Part shown: positions 53,978 to 63,216 of the stretch, piece by piece
Position numbering within the stretch: the stretch's first letter is position 1
How the letters are laid out: each line of letters opens with the position of its first letter
Assembly: GCA_964638585.1 (NCBI GenBank)
Contig: CAZXAN010000004.1
Location: 708-64,707 of the forward strand
Length of the DNA: 64,000 nt
Source: an uncultured Candidatus Saccharibacteria bacterium
Lineage (GTDB): Bacteria; Patescibacteriota; Minisyncoccia; Phycocordibacterales; Phycocordibacteraceae
Direction of reading: 5' to 3'
Notes under the pieces: model-generated
Told to the model about the DNA's origin: nothing
Database searches by the model: none
The model's input: only the letters and a program-made list of their open reading frames with translations
Made by a program: the position numbers and the translations under genes

Positions 53978-54948
53978 TAGCTAAACGCATCTACGGTCTT
54001 GCCGTTGATGTCTAAGAGTTTAACAACCTCATATTTTGTGCGCCACATAGGAGTAGTGCGATTGAGGTAAACGCGCCAAGTATTGCCCATAAAGTCAGCA
54101 TCGTCTCTGTGCGTTTCAACACAGCCGTTATAGTTCAGGTGTTTTACGATGAAGCTCTGACACACCCCTGAGAGATTTGGCGGCGGAGTAAGCGTTACTT
54201 GGCAACGCGACAGTGTCTTAACGTAGTCTATGCAAGCAGTGTCGCGTATGTAGTTGGGCCCATAATATTTGATCAAGTCATCTGACGGTAAAGGGCAATT
54301 CTGTGGCAAAGAAGGATAGAATCGCTGAAACGTACTGAAATATCCGATGCATTTATTCTCACGAAATGAGGCTCCGATAGGAGAGCGTCCAGATATAATT
54401 GTCGCACGCGTTCCCGGTGGTAGCACTATATCTTCTGACGCATTTATGTTGCCAGATATAGGAACCTCTGTGCCCTTAGGAATAGCGGCGATAATCCCAG
54501 TAGCATCGCTCATAAATCTCCATCCAGTTAGATCAAGAGGTATACCGCCGTTTGGGACAGACAATTCTATGTATTCATTTTTAGGGTCTATTGATCCGGC
54601 ACCAGAGACATAATGGCTCATTGATACAATCCCTCTATACGGTGATACGGGACCAAAGATACTGCCACCAAGAGAAGACGAGTCAGGAGTTGGAGGAGTA
54701 TTTTGAGAGCCAGAGTTGTTCTGGCTACTCCCGCCACCGCTGTTGTTGTATGCCCTTGGCACAGAAGAATCTAGAGAGCCGGTCGTGTATGGAGATCGTG
54801 GGAATTGTAGATAAGTACCACCACCGAGAGCGTCTGGTGCTGCCAAGGTTGGGCCAGTAAAGGCAATTGGGTGTAGAGGGCCACCTGTTGCTACCCAAAC
54901 AAGAAAGATGAAAATGAATATTCCTATAAAAAACCACGCATCATGCAT
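53974..54948 (-). CDS. secreted/membrane-anchored lamin-tail-domain (LTD) protein
   Basis: N-terminal TM helix; Gly/Ser-rich linker; LTD motif NEYIELSVPNGGIPLDLTGWRF. Confidence 0.55.
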   Translation of the reverse strand: MHDAWFFIGIFIFIFLVWVATGGPLHPIAFTGPTLAAPDALGGGTYLQFPRSPYTTGSLDSSVPRAYNNSGGGSSQNNSGSQNTPPTPDSSSLGGSIFGPVSPYRGIVSMSHYVSGAGSIDPKNEYIELSVPNGGIPLDLTGWRFMSDATGIIAAIPKGTEVPISGNINASEDIVLPPGTRATIISGRSPIGASFRENKCIGYFSTFQRFYPSLPQNCPLPSDDLIKYYGPNYIRDTACIDYVKTLSRCQVTLTPPPNLSGVCQSFIVKHLNYNGCVETHRDDADFMGNTWRVYLNRTTPMWRTKYEVVKLLDINGKTVDAFSY

Positions 54949-54981
54949 GCCAACATTCTAACAAACTTTTATGAGACAAGC

Positions 54982-55524
54982 CTAGCTTGATGAAAGCGCC
55001 GACTTAAGTCGTGCATCTTTGCCTACGACAGTGTCTGGGATAGCCTGCAATGCCTTGCGTGCCTCGCGCTCTGTGTAGCCGAGCGCGACTAGAGTGTCAA
55101 AAACCTCTCCGTCTTCGCGTGAATGCGAATGCGGGCCGATTTTGTCCGCGAGTTCAACCAGCATCTTCTCCGCGCTCTTCTTCCCTAGTCCGACCACTTT
55201 TGTCAGATAGTTTAAGTCGCGCTTACTAATCGCGCCTTCAAGCGCCTCGCGAGATGCTCGGCGCAACACCGACAGCGCAGTTTTTGGGCCTACCCCAGAC
55301 ACCGTGAGAATAAGTTCAAAGAAGTCACGGTCTGCTGCGTCAAGAAAGCCGCAGAGCTCCAGGCCGTCTTGTTTTACTGCCAAATGCGTCGCGAGTGTTG
55401 CTGTGTCACCGACTTTAAGAGACTGCGGGGCACTCATCCGGACCTCAATGCCGAACCCTGCGACCTCAATAACGGCGCCGACAGGGCTCACTGACAAAAC
55501 CTTCCCGCTAATCTGTCTTATCAT
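54982..55524 (-). CDS. ruvA: Holliday junction DNA helicase RuvA
   Basis: MIRQISGKVLSV...OB fold, two HhH motifs (GVGPKTAL, GLGKKSAEKM), domain III. Confidence 0.85.
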   Translation of the reverse strand: MIRQISGKVLSVSPVGAVIEVAGFGIEVRMSAPQSLKVGDTATLATHLAVKQDGLELCGFLDAADRDFFELILTVSGVGPKTALSVLRRASREALEGAISKRDLNYLTKVVGLGKKSAEKMLVELADKIGPHSHSREDGEVFDTLVALGYTEREARKALQAIPDTVVGKDARLKSALSSS

Positions 55525-55591
55525 GTTTCTATCATACAGTATTTGCATTTATTTCCTGCCTACTGCATACTGCCTACTACAATCTACTTAT

Positions 55592-55861
55592 ATGGCTATC
55601 ACCAGCTCAGCAAAGAAAGCTATTCGCTCATCGGCGAAGAAGCACGTATTCAACCTCCGTCGCAAGGAGGCGATGGGTGATGCCTCAAAGGGCCTGCTTA
55701 AAGCTCTCGCGAAGAAAGATGTGGCAGGAGCAGAGAAGATGCTCCCAGCGGCCTATAAGGCAATAGATAAGGCGATGAAGCGTGGCGTTATTAAGAAGAA
55801 CACAGCGGCTAACAAGAAGTCTCGTCTCGCTCTCGCTATCAAACGCGCGAAGGCTAAATAA
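55592..55861 (+). CDS. rpsT: 30S ribosomal protein S20
   Basis: MAITSSAKKAIRSSAKKH...KNTAANKKSRLALAIK bS20 signature. Confidence 0.85.
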   Translation: MAITSSAKKAIRSSAKKHVFNLRRKEAMGDASKGLLKALAKKDVAGAEKMLPAAYKAIDKAMKRGVIKKNTAANKKSRLALAIKRAKAK

Positions 55862-55867
55862 AATCAG

Positions 55868-55939
55868 TGCTCTCGGCTGGAGTCGAACCAGTATTGGATC
55901 CTTCGGAGGGATCTATCCTATCCGTTGAATGACGAGAGC
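55868..55939 (-). tRNA. tRNA-Arg (anticodon CCG)
   Basis: Revcomp: GCTCTCG acceptor, anticodon stem GATCC/GGATC, loop CTCCGAA, T-arm ACTGG-TTCGACT-CCAGC. Confidence 0.75.
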
Positions 55940-55973
55940 GAACATCTCAATACTAACTCTGAATCAAATTTTG

Positions 55974-56045
55974 TGCCCCCGGGAGGAATCGAACCTCCAT
56001 CACGAACTCCGCAAGCTCGCGTCCTATCCATTGAACGACGGGGGC
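55974..56045 (-). tRNA. tRNA-Arg (anticodon GCG by loop position; ACG-type family)
   Basis: Revcomp: GCCCCCG acceptor, D-arm TCGTTCAATGGATAGGACG, anticodon loop TTGCGGA, T-arm GGAGG-TTCGATT-CCTCC. Confidence 0.65.
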
Positions 56046-56064
56046 AAAACGTTTTTTGACTCTA

Positions 56065-56538
56065 TCAGAACCCGAGCCAGCCCGCCACTACGTCAGAGAA
56101 TGTGTGATGGTGCTCTTTCTCATCTACATGCTTGAGAAAGTAAGAATAGACCTTGTCAGCGTCAACTCCCTCAAGCGGGATTATAAGATGAGGAGAAAGC
56201 CAGCTAGTAGTTTTTATAGAGATCATTGGCGCGATTTTGCCTGACACATCTTCTAGGACAGAAAAAGATATCATGTTCTCAAACTGATGGATCTCGTCCC
56301 CAATAACGATACCCTGTTCTACAAGACGAAAGCGGTGCAGTGGGGGATGTTTAGCTCCATGAAGGGCGATAGCCCCTACCGCAACCACAATAAGAAATGC
56401 AAACAAATAGTTGCCAAATAATAATGAGGCGATAGTGCCAGCGACACCTATAATGCCAAGCGACCAATACCAGTCAGAACTCTTTGGGTTGTGGTCGTAC
56501 TCCGTCCCCTCCCACTCTAAGATAACGTCTTGTGCCAT
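56065..56538 (-). CDS. small membrane protein (hypothetical), last gene of the riboswitch-controlled operon
   Basis: 157 aa with two TM helices (WSLGIIGVAGTIASLLFGNYLFAFLIVVAVGAIAL). Confidence 0.4.
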   Translation of the reverse strand: MAQDVILEWEGTEYDHNPKSSDWYWSLGIIGVAGTIASLLFGNYLFAFLIVVAVGAIALHGAKHPPLHRFRLVEQGIVIGDEIHQFENMISFSVLEDVSGKIAPMISIKTTSWLSPHLIIPLEGVDADKVYSYFLKHVDEKEHHHTFSDVVAGWLGF

Positions 56539-57065
56539 GGATAAATAATAGCAGGGATTTCAAGCTTTTCGGACTGTAGTACCCACTTGTAGATTGCAGG
56601 GCTTAAACAAACAGAGAAGACGATAGTGCCGGCGAGGTGGAGAAGAGTAAATGGAATTTGTCCGGCGAGAGCAACAATAAATGGCTGGTTATTAAACAAG
56701 GGTCCAATTGTTAATCCTGTAACAGCATCATATGCAATAGTTCCAACGATGCCGAACTTCAAAAAGTTTTTGGTTGAGGCAGTGCGATTTTTAAAAAAGA
56801 AGTATGCGCCAAGACCAAGAGCTCCATAAGCTAGGGATGTTACGAGTGTCCACATGCCCCAACCACTTGTAAATGCGTCATATATAACAATGCCCAAGAA
56901 CCCAAACAAGAAGCTCCCAAGTGGACCGTAGCGTTTAGAGAACGGCATAACAGTAGCGAGCATCGGTTCAAAATTTGGTATCCGGAATGGGATGAGACGG
57001 AAGAGGAACACAACAGCCCACCCGATAAAAAATTTAAACCAGCCAGTTTGGAAAGAGATTTTCAT
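56517..57065 (-). CDS. 5-6 TM membrane protein, ECF-transporter S-component-like (BtuM/CbrT-like candidate)
   Basis: 182 aa, hydrophobic throughout with the size and topology of solitary ECF S-components; downstream of the B12-riboswitch-controlled binding-protein genes. Confidence 0.4.
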   Translation of the reverse strand: MKISFQTGWFKFFIGWAVVFLFRLIPFRIPNFEPMLATVMPFSKRYGPLGSFLFGFLGIVIYDAFTSGWGMWTLVTSLAYGALGLGAYFFFKNRTASTKNFLKFGIVGTIAYDAVTGLTIGPLFNNQPFIVALAGQIPFTLLHLAGTIVFSVCLSPAIYKWVLQSEKLEIPAIIYPWHKTLS

Positions 57066-57084
57066 AATAGTTAGGTTCAGTTTA

Positions 57085-58617
57085 CTACATTAAGTTAATA
57101 AAGAACGAGACAATGAGATTCAGCGCACGACTGAATATCCCTGCAGGTGCGGCGCTCGCCACCGCGGCGATTTGCAGTGGAGGAGGGGGAGTAACTACTG
57201 GTTTCTTCGCTTTTGTATATATGTTGCGCGCAGGGACCGGAAGAGTTGTTGTTGCACTCGTCGTGGCTTGTGTGATTTGAAGAATGCGAGTGGTAGAAGT
57301 AGCCACTGATTTAGGAAACGACTGGAGGATCATTGGCCATGATTTGCCGAGTGCGGCTGGGATTGCATATGCGGTTGCCCACACGCGAGTCTGCTTGCCG
57401 GATGATTCTGGTTCTACTCCGCCGTCAGATTGTTGCAATTTTGCGAGATGGTCTTCTTTAGTAAATGAGTTTGGCGTCCATCCACTCGGTGTCCAGCTGA
57501 GTGCGCTTATCGCTTGCCTTACCCAACTCGTAGAAAAGCTGTTGATAGAGCCATCACCATCTGGCTTCTCTCCGCGCAGATAGCCCTCGGCTCTTATGAG
57601 AGACAAGGATACATCTGGCAACATGCGCACTTGCACGAGTGCTTGGATAGCGGAAGCTGTCATATCAACACTATTGTCCCACGAGCCATTTGACTGTTGT
57701 GCAGAGAGAATGAATGTGATGATTTTTTGAATGATGTTGTCATATGCGCTGTACCCAGCGCGTAGAAGAGGGAAGAGTGCGAAGATGTCGTCATTATCAA
57801 GATGAATATCACCGACCTGCTTTCCATCAAATGCCTCCACGATTGGTGTGATGTAGTCTACAGAAGTGTCTGAATACGGATTGATGCCGAGTGCAAGAAG
57901 AGCCATCGCATGCCGTTCGTAGTCGGTTACACTTGAAAGTGTCGGGGTTGCTGTACGCATGTATTCAACGAGTTTCACTTTTGCATCTCCTGGGTCAGCC
58001 GTAGCAAACGCTATTGCTACCCAATCTGAGAGGAACGGCGAGTCAAATGAGCCGTCATCGTTTTGTTTACTCACGAGATATGCAAGCGCGTCCGTAACGT
58101 TCAATTGCGAATTCGGTATCCCACCTCCATCACCTCCTTCACCTCTACTGCTTGTAGTGGTGGGAGACGATATAAGAGAGTGTACTTTCAGCACAACAAC
58201 AGTGCTCTCAACATTTGTGGTCCAATCGGTGAGGATTAGTGACAGAGTGTCATTAAGAGACAGAGGGATGCACCCGATACCGCACTCTGCCATCGCACCA
58301 TTTTTCCATATTGCCCAATACTCGGTCGCACTAGGAGGAGTACCGTTTACGCTCTGGATATAGAGACCTAAGCTTGGATCGTTTGTGAGAGAGAAGTCAA
58401 CGAGACCAGCCTCTTTGGCCGACTGAAGCATACAGATACCGAGATAATTGCTGGGCGAACTGTCTTGAGGGAATTCGTGTGCTACGCCGTCGGTATCAGT
58501 AACTATGCAATTGTTCGGCACACTGACATTTAGTGGTTCGCCGGCATGTGCAGGCAAAGGGACAATGCCATAGAATAGGACAAGAGCTCCAAATAAATAA
58601 TTAATAACCTTTTTCAT
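57085..58617 (-). CDS. secreted prenyltransferase/squalene-oxidase-repeat (alpha/alpha-barrel) protein, transcobalamin alpha-domain-like
   Basis: Signal peptide; repeated QxxDGSW/F motifs (QNDDGSFDSPF, QQSNGSWDNSV, QQSDGGVEPES) of terpenoid-cyclase / prenyltransferase-like barrels. Confidence 0.55.
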   Translation of the reverse strand: MKKVINYLFGALVLFYGIVPLPAHAGEPLNVSVPNNCIVTDTDGVAHEFPQDSSPSNYLGICMLQSAKEAGLVDFSLTNDPSLGLYIQSVNGTPPSATEYWAIWKNGAMAECGIGCIPLSLNDTLSLILTDWTTNVESTVVVLKVHSLISSPTTTSSRGEGGDGGGIPNSQLNVTDALAYLVSKQNDDGSFDSPFLSDWVAIAFATADPGDAKVKLVEYMRTATPTLSSVTDYERHAMALLALGINPYSDTSVDYITPIVEAFDGKQVGDIHLDNDDIFALFPLLRAGYSAYDNIIQKIITFILSAQQSNGSWDNSVDMTASAIQALVQVRMLPDVSLSLIRAEGYLRGEKPDGDGSINSFSTSWVRQAISALSWTPSGWTPNSFTKEDHLAKLQQSDGGVEPESSGKQTRVWATAYAIPAALGKSWPMILQSFPKSVATSTTRILQITQATTSATTTLPVPARNIYTKAKKPVVTPPPPLQIAAVASAAPAGIFSRALNLIVSFFINLM

Positions 58618-59029
58618 ATTTCCATTCGGCTACATCGCCCGTCTTTAATGTCGTTGCCGAAACACCATTAGAAGCCAGCACTCCATTTATATAAAGAATC
58701 CAATACATGCCTCCTTCGTTTTTTGTTCCATTTATAGAGTCAACAAAGAACCCAAGACCGGCATAGTCACGGCCGTTAAATATAAAATCACTTGTTGAAG
58801 CAAGAGTACGCATCGCATCTAACACAGTCTCGCCAGATGTTATTAAAACAGAGTATGTTTTGTCACCGACCTTTAATGTTGCTCTCAATGCTTCTGGTGT
58901 AGAAGATGTTGTAGAAGGAGACTGTACAGAAGTTGTTTGAGGCGAGACCTGCTCTCGTTGTGTGTATAGAAAAACTGTTGCGATAATCGCAACTAGCACA
59001 GCACCAATTAAAATAAATTTATTTTTCAT
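58601..59029 (-). CDS. DUF4430-like secreted protein (transcobalamin beta-domain-like)
   Basis: Signal/TM anchor; C-terminal 100 aa (KVGDKTYSVLITSGETVLDAMRTL...YWILYINGVLASNG...GDVAEWKYE) matches the DUF4430 pattern; first gene after the riboswitch. Confidence 0.5.
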   Translation of the reverse strand: MKNKFILIGAVLVAIIATVFLYTQREQVSPQTTSVQSPSTTSSTPEALRATLKVGDKTYSVLITSGETVLDAMRTLASTSDFIFNGRDYAGLGFFVDSINGTKNEGGMYWILYINGVLASNGVSATTLKTGDVAEWKYEKGY

Positions 59030-59034
59030 TTCCT

Positions 59035-59160
59035 GCTCGGGAATATTGGAGTGTTGAAGATCGGACTTATCCCTCGTTTGGGACATTACCGTTGCGGCAC
59101 AGTGCAGGATTCTCACCTGACTTCCAACAACAAACCGTCCAGTCATTGTATGCTCTCGTA
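59035..59160 (-). promoter_or_regulatory. cobalamin (AdoCbl) riboswitch candidate
   Basis: Minus-strand leader contains GGAAGUCAGG-UGAGAAU-CCUGCACUGUGCCGCAACGGUAAUGUCCC (GGUGAGAAUCC hairpin plus CCGC-ACnGUAA core) and a B12-box-like AUAAGUCCGAUCUUC just upstream of the start codon. Confidence 0.5.
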
Positions 59161-59162
59161 CT

Positions 59163-59208
59163 TAAAAAGCAACAAAAAAGCCGGCGTCTCCTAGGAGACC
59201 CGGCTTTA
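59163..59208 (-). terminator. rho-independent terminator (minus orientation)
   Basis: Near-perfect 14 bp hairpin AAAGCCGGCGTCTCC-TAG-GAGACCCGGCTTT followed on the minus strand by TTTTTTGTTGCTTTTT. Confidence 0.55.
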
Positions 59209-59223
59209 CGATGGCAGAAGCGC

Positions 59224-59415
59224 CTATTCAGAGGCGTCCCTTGCCATCGACGTGTTCTTTGGCGCAGACCGGTCGTCAAAAAAGCCCCAGTACTCGTTAT
59301 TTCCTTGCGACATGGCCTGTTCTTTTTGTGCTTTGTTCCTTCGTTCCGGCACGTGCTGATGCCGGTCCTCATGCTTTTCGTTCACAGCATTCTCCCAATA
59401 GTTAATGGCGCCCAT
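59224..59415 (-). CDS. small hypothetical protein (63 aa)
   Basis: ORF MGAINYWENAVNEKHEDRHQ... with AGGTGG RBS 6 nt upstream and the above terminator just after its stop. Confidence 0.35.
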   Translation of the reverse strand: MGAINYWENAVNEKHEDRHQHVPERRNKAQKEQAMSQGNNEYWGFFDDRSAPKNTSMARDASE

Positions 59416-59755
59416 GTGAGCGCCACCTGACAAACCTACACTATGTGTTTTAAAAAAGCAAATCTCTGCGGAAAAAAAGTTTCGCAATCGTCACTAATAA
59501 CTATCTCTTTTTGACTCGTTCTTAACTTGGCGGATTGGCCTCAATGCCGTTCGTACCCTGTACTGCAATCGAGACCCAGAATTTCTCAAGACGCTCCGTG
59601 AAGTACGGGAGATAACGAAAGAATTCGATCACCCTGATGGGCAAAACCTGGCGGCTTGACATAAGACATGGTCAGCGTAGTTTGGTGGCAGAAGATTCCT
59701 CCGTATCTGCGGCTACCTGAGGATGGCTCGGGTGGCGTCAACGTGCGGGGGAAAC

Positions 59756-60271
59756 ATGTCAAAGCTCTTAGTAGCACCAATTTACGAAGATCGCGAAAAG
59801 CTACAAAAAGTAAAGGACGACAAAGAATCTGCTCGAACCTTGGTAATGGCCGAGATAACGGATATCGAGCAGCGACTAACAAGTCCGAGCATAAGCAACG
59901 AGCGCCGAACTGCCCTCACGACCGCGAAAATGCGAGCCGAAGGCAGGTTGACTACCCTCAACGCCCATATAAAAGGCATCAATCGAAAAATAGACCGGCT
60001 TGCAAAAAAAGAAAGCAAAACTCGCAAGAAGGCGCGACTGGAACGTCATATGCGGCGGATGCAACTGCTTCAAGGCGAATATCAAGTATGTCCCAGCGAC
60101 CCGTCCTCATTACTCCATGCGCTCTGGAGGATAACGAAGGCGATATGCAAGCGGAATATGGTCTTCCCTGACGATAAAGAGATTCTTCTCGTCGACCAGA
60201 TAGAAGAATTCCTGGTAGAGCACTGTCGAATTACCGAGAACGGCCAGGTGCTTCCGCCCAAGACGCCTTAG
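59756..60271 (+). CDS. hypothetical coiled-coil protein
   Basis: 171 aa from MSKLLVAPIYED; Lys/Arg/Glu-rich heptad-like segments. Confidence 0.4.
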   Translation: MSKLLVAPIYEDREKLQKVKDDKESARTLVMAEITDIEQRLTSPSISNERRTALTTAKMRAEGRLTTLNAHIKGINRKIDRLAKKESKTRKKARLERHMRRMQLLQGEYQVCPSDPSSLLHALWRITKAICKRNMVFPDDKEILLVDQIEEFLVEHCRITENGQVLPPKTP

Positions 60272-60390
60272 GCTGTTCCTCGGCCCGGGACCCCACCGTG
60301 ACATACGAAGAATCAGTTCAAACGCCGCCTCGTGCGGCGTTACTTTTTATGGATAGAAAAGGTGCCACCTTGGCAACAAATCTAGTCGAG

Positions 60391-60474
60391 CGGAAGGGGT
60401 GGGACTCGAACCCACAAGGGCTTTTGACCCGCTAGTTTTCAAGACTAGTTCCTTACCATTCGGAGCACCCTTCC
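60391..60474 (-). tRNA. tRNA-Ser (anticodon TGA), long variable arm
   Basis: Revcomp: GGAAGGG acceptor, anticodon stem CTAGT/ACTAG, loop CTTGAAA, 17 nt variable arm, T-arm GTGGG-TTCGAGT-CCCAC. Confidence 0.8.
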
Positions 60475-60478
60475 GTAT

Positions 60479-60955
60479 TTAATCTGACGTCGTTTTATTC
60501 ATCCAACTATCTTTTAAGTAATGCTCTTCGGCGTGGCAGTTGGGGCAGAGCAGTTCAAGATTACTAAGATCGTTATTACTATGATTTCTATCCTTGTGAT
60601 GAACATTTAGTATTTCCTTCTTATCATATCCGCACCGTTCACAGACCTTATCTCTTGAGTCCATTAGACGCAACTTGATCGCTCTCTCGTCTTTTACTTT
60701 ATCTTTTCTCGCTCCTGTTCGGTACTGTATACCAGTTCTATTTTTATTGGCACACGCTCGGCTACAAGTACTTGCATTTTTACTAGCAAGAATTGGGATT
60801 CCACACACAATGCATGGAGTTTCCTTTCTGCAAGCAATCCCGTAGCACTCCTGACCACAGAATACTCTTCCGCGCGCTCTCTCGGCAGGCCGTCTATAAA
60901 TCGGCTTGCTGCAGATCACGCATACAGTGTTTGGTTTTCTTGTGTACTCAGCCAC
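60479..60955 (-). mobile_element. HNH endonuclease gene with N-terminal zinc fingers, ending 5 nt before tRNA-Ser
   Basis: HNH motif NVHHKDRNHSNNDLSNLELLCPNCH plus three CxxC pairs N-terminally. Confidence 0.7.
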
Positions 60956-61006
60956 TCATCCAGTATACCACCATTCTTTAGCTACTCATCGTCTTTTATC
61001 CACTGT

Positions 61007-61324
61007 TTATACCTGCGGTGATGATGAAGGAACCGCAGGTGTTTGTGAACCCTTGTTGAGCTTATTAGAGCCCTTTGGACTGTACCAGATGAGATAGATG
61101 ACCTCAAGAATGCCAACCGTATTTATAACAAGAAGGGCGATAAACCACCACTTTTGCTCTGAACGTGCAGATGTCCATAGCGCGTAGCCCTTAATCGCGA
61201 TAGTCCATACAGCTAACAAAAGCATAAATGGCAAAAAGATGCTCATAAACCCGGGAGTAAACGGGGAATTGAATGCCGGAAAGTTTTGCATATATGTATA
61301 CATGCGTCGAATTGTACCATACAA
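61007..61324 (-). CDS. small two-TM membrane protein (hypothetical)
   Basis: 105 aa with two TM helices. Confidence 0.35.
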   Translation of the reverse strand: MYGTIRRMYTYMQNFPAFNSPFTPGFMSIFLPFMLLLAVWTIAIKGYALWTSARSEQKWWFIALLVINTVGILEVIYLIWYSPKGSNKLNKGSQTPAVPSSSPQV

Positions 61325-61331
61325 TTCATGT

Positions 61332-61745
61332 ATGAGATATCTCGGGGTTGATTATGGTAGCAAAAAGATCGGCCTTGCCCTCTCAGACGAGAGTGGCCGG
61401 ATGGGATTCCCACATTCAATTATCCCGAACACACAAAAGCTTTTAGACGAAATCTGCGTGTTGATCGCAAAAGAAAATGTTGGGGCAGTGGTTATAGGGG
61501 AGTCGCGCACTCTATCGGGCGAAGATAATATAATAGCGAAAGATGCCAAAGCACTTGGGAACTTGGTCACCGAGCGTGCTGGCATTCCGGTTTTTTACGA
61601 ATCAGAAGTGTTTACGAGTGCTGAGGCGCGCCGATTGCCGACCAAACAGACTAAATCGCGCAAAGTTAAACAACACACAAAAATAGATGATGCGGCGGCG
61701 GCAATTATTCTTACAAGCTATCTCTCACGCACAGATCATGGATAA
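61332..61745 (+). CDS. ruvX: RuvX/YqgF Holliday-junction-resolvase-like pre-16S rRNA nuclease
   Basis: MRYLGVDYGSKKIGLALSD...VVIGES RNase H-like YqgF signature. Confidence 0.8.
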   Translation: MRYLGVDYGSKKIGLALSDESGRMGFPHSIIPNTQKLLDEICVLIAKENVGAVVIGESRTLSGEDNIIAKDAKALGNLVTERAGIPVFYESEVFTSAEARRLPTKQTKSRKVKQHTKIDDAAAAIILTSYLSRTDHG

Positions 61746-62079
61746 ACCACGGATATCAATTGACGAGTTTTCTAAAATAGAAGTAAAAATCGGCACAGTT
61801 AAAAGTGCAGAATCTGTTCCAGACACGGATAAACTACTTAGACTGACAGTAGACTTTGGAGAAGAGGCTGGACCACGACAAATCGTGTCAGGCATTAAGG
61901 CATATGTATCTGAACCGTCGTCGTTGTTAAATCGCCAGCTCGCCTTCGTAACAAATCTTGAACCACGTACGATACGTGGACTAGAGAGTAACGGGATGTT
62001 GTTTGCGGTTGGGAGTGGTGAGATATTCGCTTTTCTCACACCAGACAAAGAAGTCCCACCAGGCACGAGCGCACATTGA
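61738..62079 (+). CDS. tRNA-binding (Myf/EMAP/CsaA-like OB-fold) domain protein
   Basis: FSKIEVKIGTV...AESVPDTDKLLRLTVDFGEE...RQIVSGI matches the tRNA_bind domain. Confidence 0.65.
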   Translation: MDKPRISIDEFSKIEVKIGTVKSAESVPDTDKLLRLTVDFGEEAGPRQIVSGIKAYVSEPSSLLNRQLAFVTNLEPRTIRGLESNGMLFAVGSGEIFAFLTPDKEVPPGTSAH

Positions 62080-62094
62080 AGAACACAAACGTTC

Positions 62095-63216
62095 TTGATC
62101 TCGGGTTATACTACAAACATGTCATTTGATCTTCGTGAACATTTGCGAACCGCATTTGCTCCACCGAGGTACATTGCGTCTCCGCTCTCTGGCATTGATT
62201 TATCAACAAGCGGTGTTAAAGCAGTGCGGCTTAATGATGGTGCAAATGGTCTTACTCTTGCGGGCTATGCAGAGGCACGTTTGCAGCCAGGATCTTTTAC
62301 TGAGGGAGAGATTATAGATCGTTCCGCGGTTGTGACAGCTCTTGCTACCGCAGCTAAAACTGCCGGAATTTTATCAGCCAACGCGGCTTTACCAGAATCA
62401 AAGGCCTATCTGTTTGAGACCACCGTTACCGGTTCAGAAAAAGAAGATTGGCGAGTGGCAGTAGAACAACATATAGATGAGTTTATTCCCCTACCTCCAG
62501 AAGAGACGAATTTTGATATTGTAAATTTAGGCTTCTCTGGCGATAAAGATACTGCAGTTCTTGGCGTTGGCTTCGCTAAGCGTATTGTTGAAGGCACCTT
62601 GTCTGTATTTGACGAGGCTGGGGTAGAGACCTTGTCCCTAGAGGGAGAAGTATTTGCCATGGCGCGAGCCTTACTCCCGTTCGGTGATGCATCTACAACC
62701 CTCATAATAGATGTTGGCAAAACAACTACTAAACTAGCGATTGTCACTAACAGAATACCGAGATTTGCAACAACTATCGGGATAGGCGGACACGCATTTA
62801 CTCTTGCCGTACAGAAACATTTTGGGGTTACAGAAGAAGAGGCACGTAAGGTGAAATACGAGAGAGGAATAGTCCCAGTTTCTGGAAATGAAGACTATCT
62901 CGCTGCGATGCTCTCTACAGTATCCGCGATTCGTGATGAAATCTCTCAAAGACTTGAGTACTGGCAAAGTAAGACGGCAGTTTCTGGCTCTCACGAGCCT
63001 GTCACACAAGCGATTCTCTCTGGTGGCAACGCATCAATGCGAGGATTGCCGGAATATTTAGAAGGTACTCTCAAAATACCGGTTACAACTGGGGATGTAT
63101 TTACTAATCTTGCATCACGTGACACATGGATACCGACGCTTGATTACACGGAATCACTAGCATACGCAACGGCAATCGGTCTTGCTCTACGCGATCATGC
63201 ACTCTCACATGAATAA
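62095..63216 (+). CDS. pilM: type IV pilus assembly protein PilM (actin-like ATPase)
   Basis: LSGIDLSTSGVKAVRL ... LIIDVGKTTTKLAIV actin-fold phosphate motifs. Alternative start at 62119. Confidence 0.75.
   Translation: MISGYTTNMSFDLREHLRTAFAPPRYIASPLSGIDLSTSGVKAVRLNDGANGLTLAGYAEARLQPGSFTEGEIIDRSAVVTALATAAKTAGILSANAALPESKAYLFETTVTGSEKEDWRVAVEQHIDEFIPLPPEETNFDIVNLGFSGDKDTAVLGVGFAKRIVEGTLSVFDEAGVETLSLEGEVFAMARALLPFGDASTTLIIDVGKTTTKLAIVTNRIPRFATTIGIGGHAFTLAVQKHFGVTEEEARKVKYERGIVPVSGNEDYLAAMLSTVSAIRDEISQRLEYWQSKTAVSGSHEPVTQAILSGGNASMRGLPEYLEGTLKIPVTTGDVFTNLASRDTWIPTLDYTESLAYATAIGLALRDHALSHE

Noticed and set aside
59586-60171. Overlapping alternative-frame ORFs 59586-59882 (-) and 59668-60171 (+)
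   Set aside because: Basic low-complexity translations overlapping the better-supported 59756-60271 coiled-coil ORF.
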